A DNA stretch of 64,000 nucleotides from an uncultured Alphaproteobacteria bacterium (GCA_910587405.1 CAJUKS010000003.1:125268-189267); one strand, 5' to 3'; shown: positions 1 through 10,756, counted from the stretch's first letter. Made by a program: numbers and translations. Notes: a model not told the origin generated them from the sequence alone.

Positions 1-2
1 TG

Positions 3-401
3 GAGCGTAAAAACGGCGAGTTGAGCAAAGAACGCCTGTGTGACATCTGGCAGGAAGAAATGGCTGCCAGCCTCGGCGAAGCGGTGGAAGTCGGTGCCGA
101 CAGTCGTTATATCTGGTCGCAGGTCGGACATTTCTTTTTCCTGCCGTTTTATGTATATGCCTATTCGTTTGCCGATTGCCTGGTCAATTCTTTGTATGAA
201 GTCAGTCAGGAAGGCAAAGTCAAAGATTTTCCGGCCAAATATATGAAAATGCTGTCCCAAACCGCCGTTACCGATTATAAACAGCTGTTGAAGCCGTTTG
301 GGCTGGATCCGACCGATTCCGATTTTTGGAACAAGGGGTTGAGCCTGATTTCGGGTTATATTGACGAGTTGGAACGTTTGGATAAAAAACTGAAACGTTA
401 A
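3..401 (+). CDS. Oligoendopeptidase F-like (M3 peptidase) C-terminal fragment; 5' end lies outside window
   Basis: Open frame runs from window edge; C-terminal motif HFFFLPFYVYAYSFADCLV typical of M3/PepF C-termini; followed by hairpin terminator. Confidence 0.45.
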   Translation, partial: ERKNGELSKERLCDIWQEEMAASLGEAVEVGADSRYIWSQVGHFFFLPFYVYAYSFADCLVNSLYEVSQEGKVKDFPAKYMKMLSQTAVTDYKQLLKPFGLDPTDSDFWNKGLSLISGYIDELERLDKKLKR

Positions 402-420
402 CGAATTGCGTCTGAAAAAA

Positions 421-453
421 ACGCCGTTATCGAAAGGAAAACGGCGTTTTTTG
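421..453 (+). terminator. Rho-independent terminator (acgccgtt...aacggcgt + T-run)
   Basis: 8-bp stem, short loop, TTTTTT immediately 3'. Confidence 0.5.
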
Positions 454-454
454 T

Positions 455-480
455 TATAAAAAATCCCGGCATGGCCGGGA
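455..480 (-). terminator. Hairpin atcccggc/gccgggat flanked by A/T runs; terminator for the minus-strand gene ending at 488 (possibly bidirectional)
   Basis: Perfect 8-bp stem; T-run on minus strand after stem. Confidence 0.4.
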
Positions 481-487
481 TTTTGGT

Positions 488-1267
488 TTATCTGAAGAAC
501 AATTCTTTGGTAATCCGTTTTGATGTGGACAGATAATGTTCCGAAGCGCTTGGGGCGCCGAGATACGAAAGGGAAAAACTGGTGATCAGAAAACTGAACG
601 GGTTTTTCAGAGCATCATCGTGAGAACGCCCTTTAAATTTGACAAAGCGCAGACGCATCACCGCCCGCCACAGATTGATATCGGGCGTCGGGGTGTCGGG
701 CAGATAGTCGATGGTGCGGAACTGGGTTTGCCACAAGCCCATGCCGAGCGGGCGGATCCAGTCGATTTCAACGTCACGCATCATGCTTTTGCGACGAAAC
801 TGCAACATATTGAATTTGGCGTCATAGCGGGTAAATTCATCAAAAATGAACGGTGAAGAATACCAGTAAACGTATGAGCCGGGTCCCCAGCGGCGAATCA
901 GTTCGTCATAATCGTTGGTGATCAGGTAACGCATCATAATATAGTTGGTGATATGTTCTTCGTTGATCAGGTTGCCGACCGGATAATTGACTTCCATCGG
1001 CTGTACGCGTTCGATCTGGCTGAAATAATGGTCGATGTAAAAAAGCTGCGGCGAGCTTGACCGTTGCGGCAGCATAATATAAAGCGCACTGGCAAGCATC
1101 ATGTTAAAGCAAATTGACATCGAAGCGACAATGACTAAAAAGCGCGACGTCCACAGATAACGTCGTTCCGGCATTGCATTGACGTGTACCTGTTCGGGAA
1201 AAAGGCCGAGTTTGTCGGGGCTTTCTTTTTCTCTGTATTTAAAAATAGTGTTAAAAATGCTGAACAT
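488..1267 (-). CDS. virB8: VirB8-like type IV secretion component (bitopic inner-membrane protein), orphan
   Basis: About 259 aa, single N-proximal TM helix (VIVASMSICFNMMLASALYIML), periplasmic domain with C-terminal NPFSFLITSF motif resembling the conserved NPLGFxVTSY of VirB8; no other T4SS genes adjacent. Confidence 0.45.
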   Translation of the reverse strand: MFSIFNTIFKYREKESPDKLGLFPEQVHVNAMPERRYLWTSRFLVIVASMSICFNMMLASALYIMLPQRSSSPQLFYIDHYFSQIERVQPMEVNYPVGNLINEEHITNYIMMRYLITNDYDELIRRWGPGSYVYWYSSPFIFDEFTRYDAKFNMLQFRRKSMMRDVEIDWIRPLGMGLWQTQFRTIDYLPDTPTPDINLWRAVMRLRFVKFKGRSHDDALKNPFSFLITSFSLSYLGAPSASEHYLSTSKRITKELFFR

Positions 1268-1430
1268 CGGAGTTTTATCAACCTTAAATTAAATTTCTTC
1301 CTCTATTTTATACATCAAAGCTGCCAAAAATCAAATAAATACTACCAAATCCGAAAAAAATGCTACCAACTTAGAAAATATTAGTGTAAACATATAACTG
1401 GATCTTTCTGTACGTAAAGGGTTTTAACTA

Positions 1431-3335
1431 ATGAAAAAGCTATTGATATCTTTGTTTATTCCGGTGATGTTCGCAGCGTCCTGCGGACAGAATAATACCG
1501 TCAATTCTCCCAATCCGGCTGATTACAGCAAGGAATCGGTTCTTTACAACGACTGGGACCGCGCTGTCCGGATTGACGTCGATATGCAGAATATGTATGT
1601 CAGTACGCCGACTAAAATAGAAAAGCCGATCGATTTGTATATGGCCATGTCTCTGGCCCTGAAATATAACTATACCCGCCGCCTGATCTCCTATGAAGAC
1701 AGCATCATCCGCGCCGGAAAATCGCCGGTTAACCGTCTGCCGGAAATTGTCAGCCATGCCGGGTATATCAACGAGACCAATTCGGGAATGAGCCCGGATC
1801 TGAAAGTGGCATGGAATATGCTGGATATTTCAATGGTTTATTGCCTCAGTCGTGACAACGATTACAAAGCCAGCGTAGCGTTTGAAGAAAGCCGCAAGGT
1901 TATTCACAACATTTTGCAGGAAACGCGCACCCTGTACTGGAAAACGCTGACGGCTCAGCGCCTGCTGCCGGTGATTGACGACATGACCGAATATATGACT
2001 CTGGAAGTGGACGACATGAACGCCAAAGCCAAAGCTTTGGAAAAGAAGGGCGAAAACCCCGAAGTCGGTCAGTTGGTCAAAAAAAGACAATATATGGAAG
2101 CGATTAAAAACCTTTCCGCCCTCAAACGTGACATGGAAACCGCACAGACCCGTTTGGCGAGCCTGATGGGATTGCATCCGTCCACCGAATTCAAACTGGT
2201 TGGTTCGGAATACGGCAATTTCGATTTGCCGAAAATCCGCAATTCGCTGGCTGATCTGGAATGGCTTGCCCTCAGCAACAGACCCGAACTGCGTGAACAT
2301 GATTTGGCCGTCAATGCCGAACGTATGAAGCTGGTGATTAAAGATTTTAAGGATCCGGGGCTGAAAAAATATAAAAATGATCCGGACTTCTATAACCGTC
2401 TGTGGTCGAAAAAAGCGCGCGAGTTGGGTATGAGCGTGTTTGAAGACCCGGCCAACCCCAACGCGCTGGATATGGAGCATTTGCGCCGCCAGCGGATGAG
2501 CGCCCTGATTCTCAGCCAGGTTTATATTGCTTGGGCGCAGTATATGTCGGCGGTTGAAGATTATCAGATTAATATGGAAATTGCCTCCACTTCCGAAAAC
2601 ATTGCCGAAGACTTTACAATTGCCGATGGCAGCAAAACCGAGAAGAGCCAGCTGGAAGCTTCGCGGGCGATCGAAGACGAAGTGAAGGCCTTCAAGTCTT
2701 ATGCCGATTTGCAGGAATCTTTGGGCAATCTTTATGCCACCATCGGTTTGGACGCGATTCCTTATTATATGCTGAACGAAAAACCGTCCAAAATTGCGGT
2801 TTATCTGCGCAATACTCTGGAAAAATGGGCAAAGGGCGATTTTATGCCCGACAATCGGCCCTATCTGCTGAACATTCCGGCCAAACGGCCGCCGGTTAAC
2901 CTCAGTTCCGGTGATTTGTTGCCGGATGTCAACGCCGAAACCGGCAGCAAAATTACGATTAAGATTCCCGATTCGGCAATGTCCAGAATGGACTTTAACG
3001 GAAAAGTCATCAGCCGCGCCGGTATGATTGACGATAAACCGTTGCCCCAATGGCTGACCTATAATGAAGAAACGCGCACCTTTTATGGTACCGCGATGCC
3101 GGGCAGCGAAGGAACCTATAATCTGAAAGTCTATTTCAGTGATGAAAAAGGCAGTGTTGCTTATATGACTTTCAAAATTATGGTGAAGGAAGTTTATGTT
3201 CCGTCGCTTACGCTCAAAGGACAAACGCCGGGAACGACGGCAACGGTTTTGAAACGTTGTGTCGGTTCCAACTGCAAAGACGAATATATTGTCGAAGAAG
3301 CGGTTGGCGAAGACGTCCGCACTTCCGCCCAGTAA
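1431..3335 (+). CDS. Outer-membrane-factor (TolC/NodT-like) lipoprotein with C-terminal putative Ig-like extension
   Basis: Signal peptide plus lipobox (FAASCGQ); two helical repeats ending in LxxLMGLHPS-type motifs typical of OMF proteins; extra ~200-aa C-terminal region resembling dystroglycan-type Ig domain. Confidence 0.5.
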   Translation: MKKLLISLFIPVMFAASCGQNNTVNSPNPADYSKESVLYNDWDRAVRIDVDMQNMYVSTPTKIEKPIDLYMAMSLALKYNYTRRLISYEDSIIRAGKSPVNRLPEIVSHAGYINETNSGMSPDLKVAWNMLDISMVYCLSRDNDYKASVAFEESRKVIHNILQETRTLYWKTLTAQRLLPVIDDMTEYMTLEVDDMNAKAKALEKKGENPEVGQLVKKRQYMEAIKNLSALKRDMETAQTRLASLMGLHPSTEFKLVGSEYGNFDLPKIRNSLADLEWLALSNRPELREHDLAVNAERMKLVIKDFKDPGLKKYKNDPDFYNRLWSKKARELGMSVFEDPANPNALDMEHLRRQRMSALILSQVYIAWAQYMSAVEDYQINMEIASTSENIAEDFTIADGSKTEKSQLEASRAIEDEVKAFKSYADLQESLGNLYATIGLDAIPYYMLNEKPSKIAVYLRNTLEKWAKGDFMPDNRPYLLNIPAKRPPVNLSSGDLLPDVNAETGSKITIKIPDSAMSRMDFNGKVISRAGMIDDKPLPQWLTYNEETRTFYGTAMPGSEGTYNLKVYFSDEKGSVAYMTFKIMVKEVYVPSLTLKGQTPGTTATVLKRCVGSNCKDEYIVEEAVGEDVRTSAQ

Positions 3336-3354
3336 GCGGGCTGCTAAAAACTGA

Positions 3355-3383
3355 AAAACCTCCGTTTTGCGGAGGTTTTTTTA
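3355..3383 (+). terminator. Rho-independent terminator (aacctccg / cggaggtt + T7)
   Basis: Perfect hairpin followed by TTTTTTT directly after stop of the OMF lipoprotein gene. Confidence 0.6.
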
Positions 3384-3525
3384 TGCCTTTTATAAAAAGC
3401 ATTTTAAAAATGAAGTCAAAAAACAATGAACGGTCGCATCCGTAGAGGCGATTCTCAGGTATGTTTTGTTATTTTAGCGGGACAGCAAAAACAGAGAAGT
3501 TCGAAAAAACAAAAGGCGCTTTGAG

Positions 3526-3805
3526 AAAACGATCCTTTTTTTGTGACAGGTAAAGATACAATTTCATTTGATTCATTTAAAAAAATAAATTGTGGATTTC
3601 TAATGAGTTATGATTGTTTTCTAAACAAGAAAAATATAAAATAAAGTTGTCACAAAAAAAGGATCGTTTTTTTGATACACTTTTTATTTGTGTCAATAAC
3701 GGCATAACTTATTGATAATTTTAGAATTATCTTGAAATTTATGGGCAATTGCTGTACTCTTTGCCTGTATCAAAAAAACGATCGTTTAAATTTAAAAGGA
3801 AAGGA
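3526..3805. promoter_or_regulatory. Conserved 5' regulatory cassette of autotransporter paralogue 1: A7-GGATCG-T7 palindrome (3648-3680), inverted copy of its left arm (3530-3548) and proximal half-site TGTATCAAAAAAACGATCG (3767-3785)
   Basis: Same TGTATC-A7-GxxTCx-T7-GATACA element found upstream of the other two autotransporter paralogues. Confidence 0.5.
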
Positions 3806-6530
3806 ATGGGCTTTGACTGAAAAAAGATATCTCTTGTTATCTTGCGCAGCGTTTTTTTTCGGGATGACGGAAATGGCGGTTGCTGCGGATATTATAAATC
3901 AACATTATGCAGAAAAATCGAGCGGTACCTATGGTGTGGGCGGGGCATTGACTTTTGCGCCGCCGGAAGTTTCTTTGATAAAAGACTCTTCGTTTACAAA
4001 TAACAGGTCACTCATCGGCGGTGCCGTTGTCAGCCGAGGCCATATCACCTCCGTCAGCAACAGTATATTTCAGGGAAACACTTCCGAAACGGGTGGCGGC
4101 GGCGCTATTTACAGTCAGACGCTTCCCGGTCACGAAGATGTCAATTCCGGCGGAATTGATAAAATCAGCAACGTTCAGTTTTTAGGAAATTCGGCGGCCG
4201 GTTTCGGCGGCGCTGTTTTCCATCTCTCGCATCGGAATGTGTTGGTTGAAAATAGCATTTTTGAAGGCAATCACGGCGAGAAGGGCGGCGGCGCTTTCAA
4301 CAGCGGACAATATGAAGGGCAGGGCGCTGCCGTTACCATGGTTAATAACCAATTCCGAAACAATACTTCCGGCCGTGTCACCGACGGTACTTTCGGCGGC
4401 GGTGCCATAAGACTTGATTCGGGATCGGTTATTTTCAAAGGCAACAACGTTTTTGAAAATAATAAGGACCCTGAAAGAAACAATGACATCAATGTTCAAA
4501 GCGGTTCGGTGATTGTGGCCGAGTCGGCTGTGGTTACGCTGGACGGCGGCATTATCGGTAATGGTAACACCGTCATTGAAAAAGGCGGACAAATTAAAGT
4601 GGAAAACACGGCCAATGCCACCACTTTCGGCAATCAGACCGAAAACAATGGTACCATAACCGTCAACAAAGAAAAAGCAGCCGATGTTTTGGCCGAATTT
4701 ACCAACAACGGACAGATTGCCAATCAGGGAGATTTTGCCGTTCAGGGGACCGGAACGCTGGTTCTGAACCGGGGAATTGACGGAAGCGGTCGGACAACCG
4801 TCAGCGAAGGCGGGCGGCTTGTGGCCAATGCTGCCGGTGTGGCGATGCAAAATGCGTTAATCAACAACGGTACCGTTAATATTGATAAAGACAAAAGCCT
4901 GATCCTGAAACAGGACAGTGTCAATAACGGCACCATTGACAATAACGGACTTCTGGCCGTCAACAAATCTTTGCTTCTCCGCAGTTCGATCCAAGGCGAA
5001 GGGACAGTGTCGGTTAACAACGGCGCCATGCTTGATATTGCCGGAAAAGACGCCCAGGTTGCCAACAATATTGACAATCGCGGTATTTTGCGTGTCAGCG
5101 AGAATTCTCAACTGACGGCCGAACGGGAAATTGCCAACCACAAAGTTATTGTTAACCGCGGCGTCATCCATAACAACGGTGCCCTTTTGTTAAACGGCGG
5201 TTCATCGGTCGAAATGGGGACCGATGCGGTGTTCAATACCAAAGAACTCCGGGCTTCGGGGCTGCCGCAGTTGAAACTGAACGTTGAGACCGACACCGTC
5301 GCCGATACGATTCGTCACGGTATTATCAATGTGGACGGTGACGTTACGGGCAACACGGATGTTGTTTTGAAATTTACGGATGACAACCTGTTGACAAATC
5401 CCGAAACCGTCAAAAGCCTTTTCGTCAATGCGCCGCAGGACAATGCCGAAACTTCGGCCGCATTTAATGTGGTGCGGGTCGAAAAAAGTCCGTATATGTG
5501 GGTGGCTCAGTCCGAGGCCGGTGAAGGCGATCAGGGTACGGCCTGGTATCTGACGGTTAATACGCTGGTGCCGGAAACGCCGGATTCCCTGGTTGTGGCG
5601 CCGGAAGTCGTCGCGGCGGCCGGAATGCACGAAGCAGCGCTGGAACAGACGCGCAGCGTGCTTCGCAATTTGAACGGCAAGCTGGCTTCCGGACGGGAAT
5701 ATTGTCCGAATTGCGGCATATATTCGCAGGAGTGGGACGGACGTCCGTTGCATAATTTGTGGATTAGCGCCCAGGGCGAAACCGCCGGTATTGACAAGCC
5801 GGTTGACATGGATGCCGACATTTGGGGCGTGGAAGCCGGTTTTGACCTCCAAAACGACGTTAACAACACCTTTGGCGTTTTTGCTTCTTATCGCAACGGC
5901 GAGTACGATCTTTCGGGACGCGGTGCCAAATTGCATGCGCTTTCCGGCAGCAAAATTGATATCGACTCTTATCTGGCCGGTCTTTATTACCGTTACGACA
6001 AAAACATGAACTGGTTGTTTGCCGGCATATACGGCGGTATGCAGCGGGCAGACGTTAAAACGGACGACGGAATTGCCAAGTTTGACAGCGACGGCGTAGA
6101 ATTCGGCGCCGGGATAGAGGCCGGACATACTTTTGCTTTGAACAGTGATCTGACCCTGAGTCCGTCGCTGGGGATTTATTATACCCAGATTGATTTTGAT
6201 TCCGCTGCCGATAACGTTGGCAAAAGATATGACTGGAGTGACGTCAAACATCTGGAGGCCGAGTTTGGCATCAAGCTGGAAAAACAAATCGATACGGCGA
6301 AGATTTATGTAAAACCGAGCGTTATTCACACTTTAACCGATGATGACGAAGTAAAAATCAGCGGTTACGGCAAAGCCGACACTTATCACGATCAGACTTT
6401 GGGTCGGATAGAGTTGGGCGGCCGTTACGGTTTCAATGATGCGGTGTCGGGTTATGGCTGGACCAACTATACTTTTGGTTCGGGATATGACAACGTAACT
6501 TTGGGCGCCGGCCTGAGTTATGCCTGGTAA
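3806..6530 (+). CDS. Autotransporter (type Va) with Pmp-type GGAI/FxxN repeat passenger and C-terminal beta-barrel translocator; paralogue 1
   Basis: RBS aaaggaaagga before ATG 3806; signal peptide; repeated GGAIxN and FxGN motifs; C-terminal ~280 aa homologous to barrels of the two other paralogues; ends in W. Confidence 0.8.
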
Positions 6531-6553
6531 TGCCCTTCGGTTCCGATAAAAAA

Positions 6554-6581
6554 AACTCCCCGATTTCCGGGGAGTTTTTTG
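6554..6581 (+). terminator. Rho-independent terminator (ctccccg / cggggag + T-run)
   Basis: Hairpin plus TTTTTT right after autotransporter stop. Confidence 0.6.
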
Positions 6582-6645
6582 TTAATGATTCCGTATAAGC
6601 AAAATAACAGCTGATAACAGCGGTTTTCCGGCCATGTCTTGCTAT

Positions 6646-6684
6646 GCGACAACGGGGAAAGCAAAAAGCTTTCCCCGTTGTCGC
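6646..6684 (-). terminator. 17-bp-stem inverted repeat downstream of glgP (possible terminator)
   Basis: gcgacaacggggaaagc-aaaa-agctttccccgttgtcgc; no strong T-run. Confidence 0.35.
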
Positions 6685-6699
6685 AATACTGATTTTTTA

Positions 6700-9171
6700 T
6701 CAGTCGACCGGTTGAATATGCCAGATTTTGTCGGCATATTCCATCACTGCGCGATCACTGGAGAACCTGCCGATTCGGGCAACGTTGTCAATTGCCATCT
6801 TGGCCCATTTGTTGCGATCAAGATAATCATGCTCGGCCCGATGCAGCGCTTGGTTAAATTCGGCCAGATCCGCCAACACCATATAATAGTCGCGCGACAA
6901 CAGTTCTTCATAGATCATCTTAAACAGCAAAACGTACTCTTTCTGGCAGAACATATTCGAATTGAGCGAATTCATGATGCGTTTGATATAATCGGAACGG
7001 TCATAGATTTCTTGCGGTTTATACGAATTGTGGCTGTGCATTTCGGCAATTTGCTCTTCGCGCAGACCGAACAGATAGAAATTGTCTTCACCGACCGCCT
7101 CGCGGATTTCGATGTTGGCGCCGTCATAGGTGCCGACGGTGAGCGCGCCGTTAAGCGCAAATTTCATATTGCCGGTGCCCGATGCCTCAAAGCCGGCGGT
7201 TGAGTTCTGGATACTGACGTCCGCAGCCGGAATCAGCAGTTCGGCCAGCGATACTTTGTAATCGGGAATAAAGACAACTTTAATTTTGTCATTAACCCGG
7301 GGATCGTGGTTGACAACGTCCGCCACATTGTTGATCAATTTGATGATCAGTTTGGCAAAGTTGTAAGAAGGCGCGGCCTTGCCTGCGAAAATATAAGTTT
7401 TCGGGTAGGGTGGAACCGCATTGTCTTTGATAATTGCCAAATAATCGCCGATAACCTGTAAAATTGTCATCAGTTGGCGTTTGTACTCGTGAATCCGCTT
7501 GGCCTGAACAATGAAAATACTGTCGGGATTGACCGCCACGCCGGTGGTCTTGAAAATTTTCTTGGCCAGTCTTTCTTTGTTTTCGCGTTTAATTCTAAGA
7601 AAATCGTCCACAAACTGCGGGTCATCGTCAAAATCTTCCAACTGTTGCAGGAAGTCGAGGTTGGTGATCCAGTCGTCGCCGATCTTGGAAGAGATCAGAG
7701 TAGCCAGCGGCGTGTTGGCATGATACAGCCAGCGCCGCGGCGTGATGCCGTTGGTGACGTTGATGAATTTTTCCGGCCACAGTTCGTAAAATTCGGGAAC
7801 CAGACGGGTTTTCAACAATTCGGAGTGAATTTTGGCAACGCCGTTGACTTTGAAGGAACCGACGATGGACAGATTGGCCATGCGGATAATCTGATTGCCG
7901 CCGTCACCGGAAACAATCGAAACTTTGCCCAGTTTGTCGGGGCGGTCGGCGAATTTGGTGCGTGCAAATTCAATAAAGCGGCGGTTGATTTCGAAAATGA
8001 TTTGCAAATGCCGCGGCAGCATCCGACCCAGCATCCAGGCCGGCCACACTTCCAACGCCTCCGGCAGCAGCGTATGGTTGGTATAAGCGAAAATTTTGGT
8101 CGTAATTTCCCAGGCGGCGTTCCAAGACTGTCCGTAAACGTCGATCAGTTGGTGCATCATTTCGGGGATGGCCAGTGCCGGATGGGTGTCGTTGAGCTGA
8201 ATGCAAATGTATTCAGGCATCCGGTGGAAGTCGTTGCTTTTTTCCATAAAGCGACGGATAATGTCCTGAATGGCACAGGAAACAAAGAAATATTGTTGTT
8301 TAAGACGCAGTTCCTTGCCCGATTCGATCGCATCCGAGGGATACAAAACTTTGGAAATGGTTTCGTTTTCGATTTTGTCTTTTAACGCGTCGATATAGCC
8401 GCCTTTGTTAAAGACGTTGATGTCAAGCTGTTCGTCGCCTTCGGCCGAGAACAAGCGCAGGTAGTTGACTGATTTGCCGTTGTAGCCGACAATCGGAAAA
8501 TCAAACGGAATGCCGTAAATGTGGCTGGAATTTTTCCAAATGAACAGCGGTTCGCCGTTGGGCGCATATTGGGTTTCGACCTCGCCGTACATCGGAATGG
8601 AAATGCGGCGGTCGGGGCGGGCAAACTGCCACGGTGAATCTTCGCCGTCCCAGCTGTCGGCCATTTCGACCTGATAACCGTTTTCGAATTTTTGTTTAAA
8701 CAGACCGTATTCGTAGTTGATGCCGTAACCGAAACCGGGAATGGCAAGCGAGGCCATCGAATCAAGATAACAGGCCGCCAGTCGTCCCAAACCGCCGTTG
8801 CCGAGAGCGGGGTCGTATTCGGTATCAAATATTTCTTCCAAAGATTCCCAAGGCCAGCCGTCGATTTTGATATTTTTTAAAATGTCAAACAAACCGAGAT
8901 TGTGGAGATTGTTTTCCAACGAACGTCCGATCAGATATTCGATGGAAAGGTAATAGACCCGTTTGGAGTTGGCTTTGTTATAACGGGCGATGGTTTGATA
9001 CATCCGGTCCATGGCAAATTCGCGCACTGCCAGGGCAATCACTTTCATTGCCTCTTCCTTGCTGATTTCGCAGGTACGTTTGCCGATAAAGTATTTTATG
9101 TAATGTTCAATCGAAAGTTTTAATCTGGCTTTGTCGATTTCATTTAAAATAACCGAGTTTTCCTTTACCAT
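6700..9171 (-). CDS. glgP: Glycogen/alpha-glucan phosphorylase
   Basis: 823 aa; EASGTGNMKFxLNGALTxGTxDGANxE pyridoxal-phosphate region; full-length match to GT35 phosphorylases. Confidence 0.9.
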   Translation of the reverse strand: MVKENSVILNEIDKARLKLSIEHYIKYFIGKRTCEISKEEAMKVIALAVREFAMDRMYQTIARYNKANSKRVYYLSIEYLIGRSLENNLHNLGLFDILKNIKIDGWPWESLEEIFDTEYDPALGNGGLGRLAACYLDSMASLAIPGFGYGINYEYGLFKQKFENGYQVEMADSWDGEDSPWQFARPDRRISIPMYGEVETQYAPNGEPLFIWKNSSHIYGIPFDFPIVGYNGKSVNYLRLFSAEGDEQLDINVFNKGGYIDALKDKIENETISKVLYPSDAIESGKELRLKQQYFFVSCAIQDIIRRFMEKSNDFHRMPEYICIQLNDTHPALAIPEMMHQLIDVYGQSWNAAWEITTKIFAYTNHTLLPEALEVWPAWMLGRMLPRHLQIIFEINRRFIEFARTKFADRPDKLGKVSIVSGDGGNQIIRMANLSIVGSFKVNGVAKIHSELLKTRLVPEFYELWPEKFINVTNGITPRRWLYHANTPLATLISSKIGDDWITNLDFLQQLEDFDDDPQFVDDFLRIKRENKERLAKKIFKTTGVAVNPDSIFIVQAKRIHEYKRQLMTILQVIGDYLAIIKDNAVPPYPKTYIFAGKAAPSYNFAKLIIKLINNVADVVNHDPRVNDKIKVVFIPDYKVSLAELLIPAADVSIQNSTAGFEASGTGNMKFALNGALTVGTYDGANIEIREAVGEDNFYLFGLREEQIAEMHSHNSYKPQEIYDRSDYIKRIMNSLNSNMFCQKEYVLLFKMIYEELLSRDYYMVLADLAEFNQALHRAEHDYLDRNKWAKMAIDNVARIGRFSSDRAVMEYADKIWHIQPVD

Positions 9172-9373
9172 TTTCTCTCCTGTTTTTTATCAATTTGGTC
9201 TGTTTTAACCATACGCGGCAATTGTTTGAGATATCGTTAACAAAGCGGATATAATCATTAATAAATTGTAATTGCAGTGGGCGCCGTTTGTTTTTTGAGG
9301 GAACAATATTTTATTGCAATCGGCAAAAAATATAATATAATCACCGGAAGCTAAAGTTAAAAGAGGTATCATA

Positions 9374-10732
9374 ATGAAAAAATATTTTGCATCAGTTTTG
9401 ATGAGCAGCGTCTTGTTGTGTTCGCCGGTTCGGGCGGAAACGATTTTTGAGGCTTTGGGCGAAGCCTACAACAGCAACCCGGATTTGCAGGCACAACGTG
9501 CTTACCTGCGTTCGGTTGACGAGAATGTGGCAATTGCCAAATCGGGCTATCGGCCTTCGATTGATTTAACCGGCGGTTATAACGATACCCGCAATAACAA
9601 TGACAGCAACAACAACGATGACGGGAGCCGTACATCTTCGATCGGTGCCCGCATCAGCCAGCCGTTGTTTAACGGTTTGTCGACCTATAATTCGGTTCGT
9701 GCCGCCGACAGCACGGTTCGCGCTGAGCAATACAATTTGTCAAATTATGAGCAGTCGGTGTTCTTAAGCGCCTCGGAAGCTTATTTGAACGTGGTTCGCG
9801 ACGCGGCGATCGTCGATTTGCAAAAGAGCAACGAAAAACTGCTTAAAAAGCAGCTTGATGAAACGATTGAACGTTTTAACGTCGGCGAACTGACCCGCAC
9901 CGACGTCGCTCAGGCCCGTTCCAGCCTGTCACAGGCGACCGCCAGCCGCATCAGTGCCGAAGGCAACCTGCAGGTTTCGCGTGCCGTTTACAAGCAGATT
10001 ATCGGCCGGCAGCCGGAGAACTTGAAGGAACCTGACAACATTCATGAGTTTTTGCCCGCAACTTTTGAGCAGGCGTTGGATTATACCATGGTTAACAACT
10101 ATGATGTCTTGGCTGCCAAACAGGCTTTGGCTGCCCGGGAATATACGGTTAAAGCCAACTATGGCTCTTTGCTGCCGCAGATTGCCGCCACCGGCGAAGT
10201 CGCTCAGGTTAAAAACGATCCCAAACACAGCGGGCTGAACGACAGCACGGTTGACAGCGTCGAGTTCGGTGTTAACCTGACGGTTCCTTTGTATGATGCC
10301 GGCGAAAACCGCGCCATTATCCGTCAGAGCAAATATGCCAAATGGCAGGCGCATGAACAGGTATTGAGTGCGGAACGTCTGGCCGTTTCCAGCATTACCA
10401 GTTATTGGGAGTCGATGGTTGCCAACGATGCGATGATTAAGGCTTTGCAAGATCAGGTCAAGGCCAACGAAATTGCCCTCGACGGCGTTAAAAAGGAAGA
10501 AGCGCTGGGCAACCGGACGGTTTTGGATGTTTTAAATGCTTATCAGTCGTTGCTTGATTCTAAAGTAGACGTTGTCAAAGCACGCCGCGAGTATTATCTT
10601 TCGGCTATGCAGGTTATGCAGGCGATGGGTAAGCTGACCGCCGAAAACCTCAAACTTAATGTGGAATTGTATCATCCGAAACAGCATTATAAAGAAACCC
10701 GCGATAAGTGGTTTTCGCTGTCGGCGGATTAA
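9374..10732 (+). CDS. tolC: TolC-family outer membrane channel protein
   Basis: 452 aa, signal peptide, two OMF repeats, good RBS (aagagg). Confidence 0.8.
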   Translation: MKKYFASVLMSSVLLCSPVRAETIFEALGEAYNSNPDLQAQRAYLRSVDENVAIAKSGYRPSIDLTGGYNDTRNNNDSNNNDDGSRTSSIGARISQPLFNGLSTYNSVRAADSTVRAEQYNLSNYEQSVFLSASEAYLNVVRDAAIVDLQKSNEKLLKKQLDETIERFNVGELTRTDVAQARSSLSQATASRISAEGNLQVSRAVYKQIIGRQPENLKEPDNIHEFLPATFEQALDYTMVNNYDVLAAKQALAAREYTVKANYGSLLPQIAATGEVAQVKNDPKHSGLNDSTVDSVEFGVNLTVPLYDAGENRAIIRQSKYAKWQAHEQVLSAERLAVSSITSYWESMVANDAMIKALQDQVKANEIALDGVKKEEALGNRTVLDVLNAYQSLLDSKVDVVKARREYYLSAMQVMQAMGKLTAENLKLNVELYHPKQHYKETRDKWFSLSAD

Positions 10733-10756
10733 CAAAAATAAGACAGGGTGAGAAAT

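Noticed and set aside
1830-3224. 464-aa minus-strand ORF
   Set aside because: Antisense shadow inside the OMF lipoprotein gene; Arg/Phe/Gly-rich junk translation.
3530-3665. Invertible promoter switch: 19-bp inverted copies of tgtcacaaaaaaaggatcg flanking a 98-bp AT-rich segment upstream of autotransporter 1
   Set aside because: Only locus 1 has the inverted upstream copy, the segment is very short, and no site-specific recombinase is nearby. More likely these are two operator sites for the same regulator. Kept as part of the regulatory-cassette finding rather than called as an invertible element.
3732-3805. N-terminal extension of autotransporter 1 (MKFMGNCCTLCLYQKNDRL...) and the analogous minus-strand ORF 56924-57148
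   Set aside because: Both read straight through the conserved palindromic regulatory cassette; a proper RBS and ATG with signal peptide follows at 3806 (and 57253 for paralogue 3).
5202-6329. 375-aa minus-strand ORF
   Set aside because: Shadow ORF inside autotransporter 1, where the plus strand carries the conserved beta-barrel.
7474-8385. 303-aa plus-strand ORF
   Set aside because: Shadow frame inside glgP.
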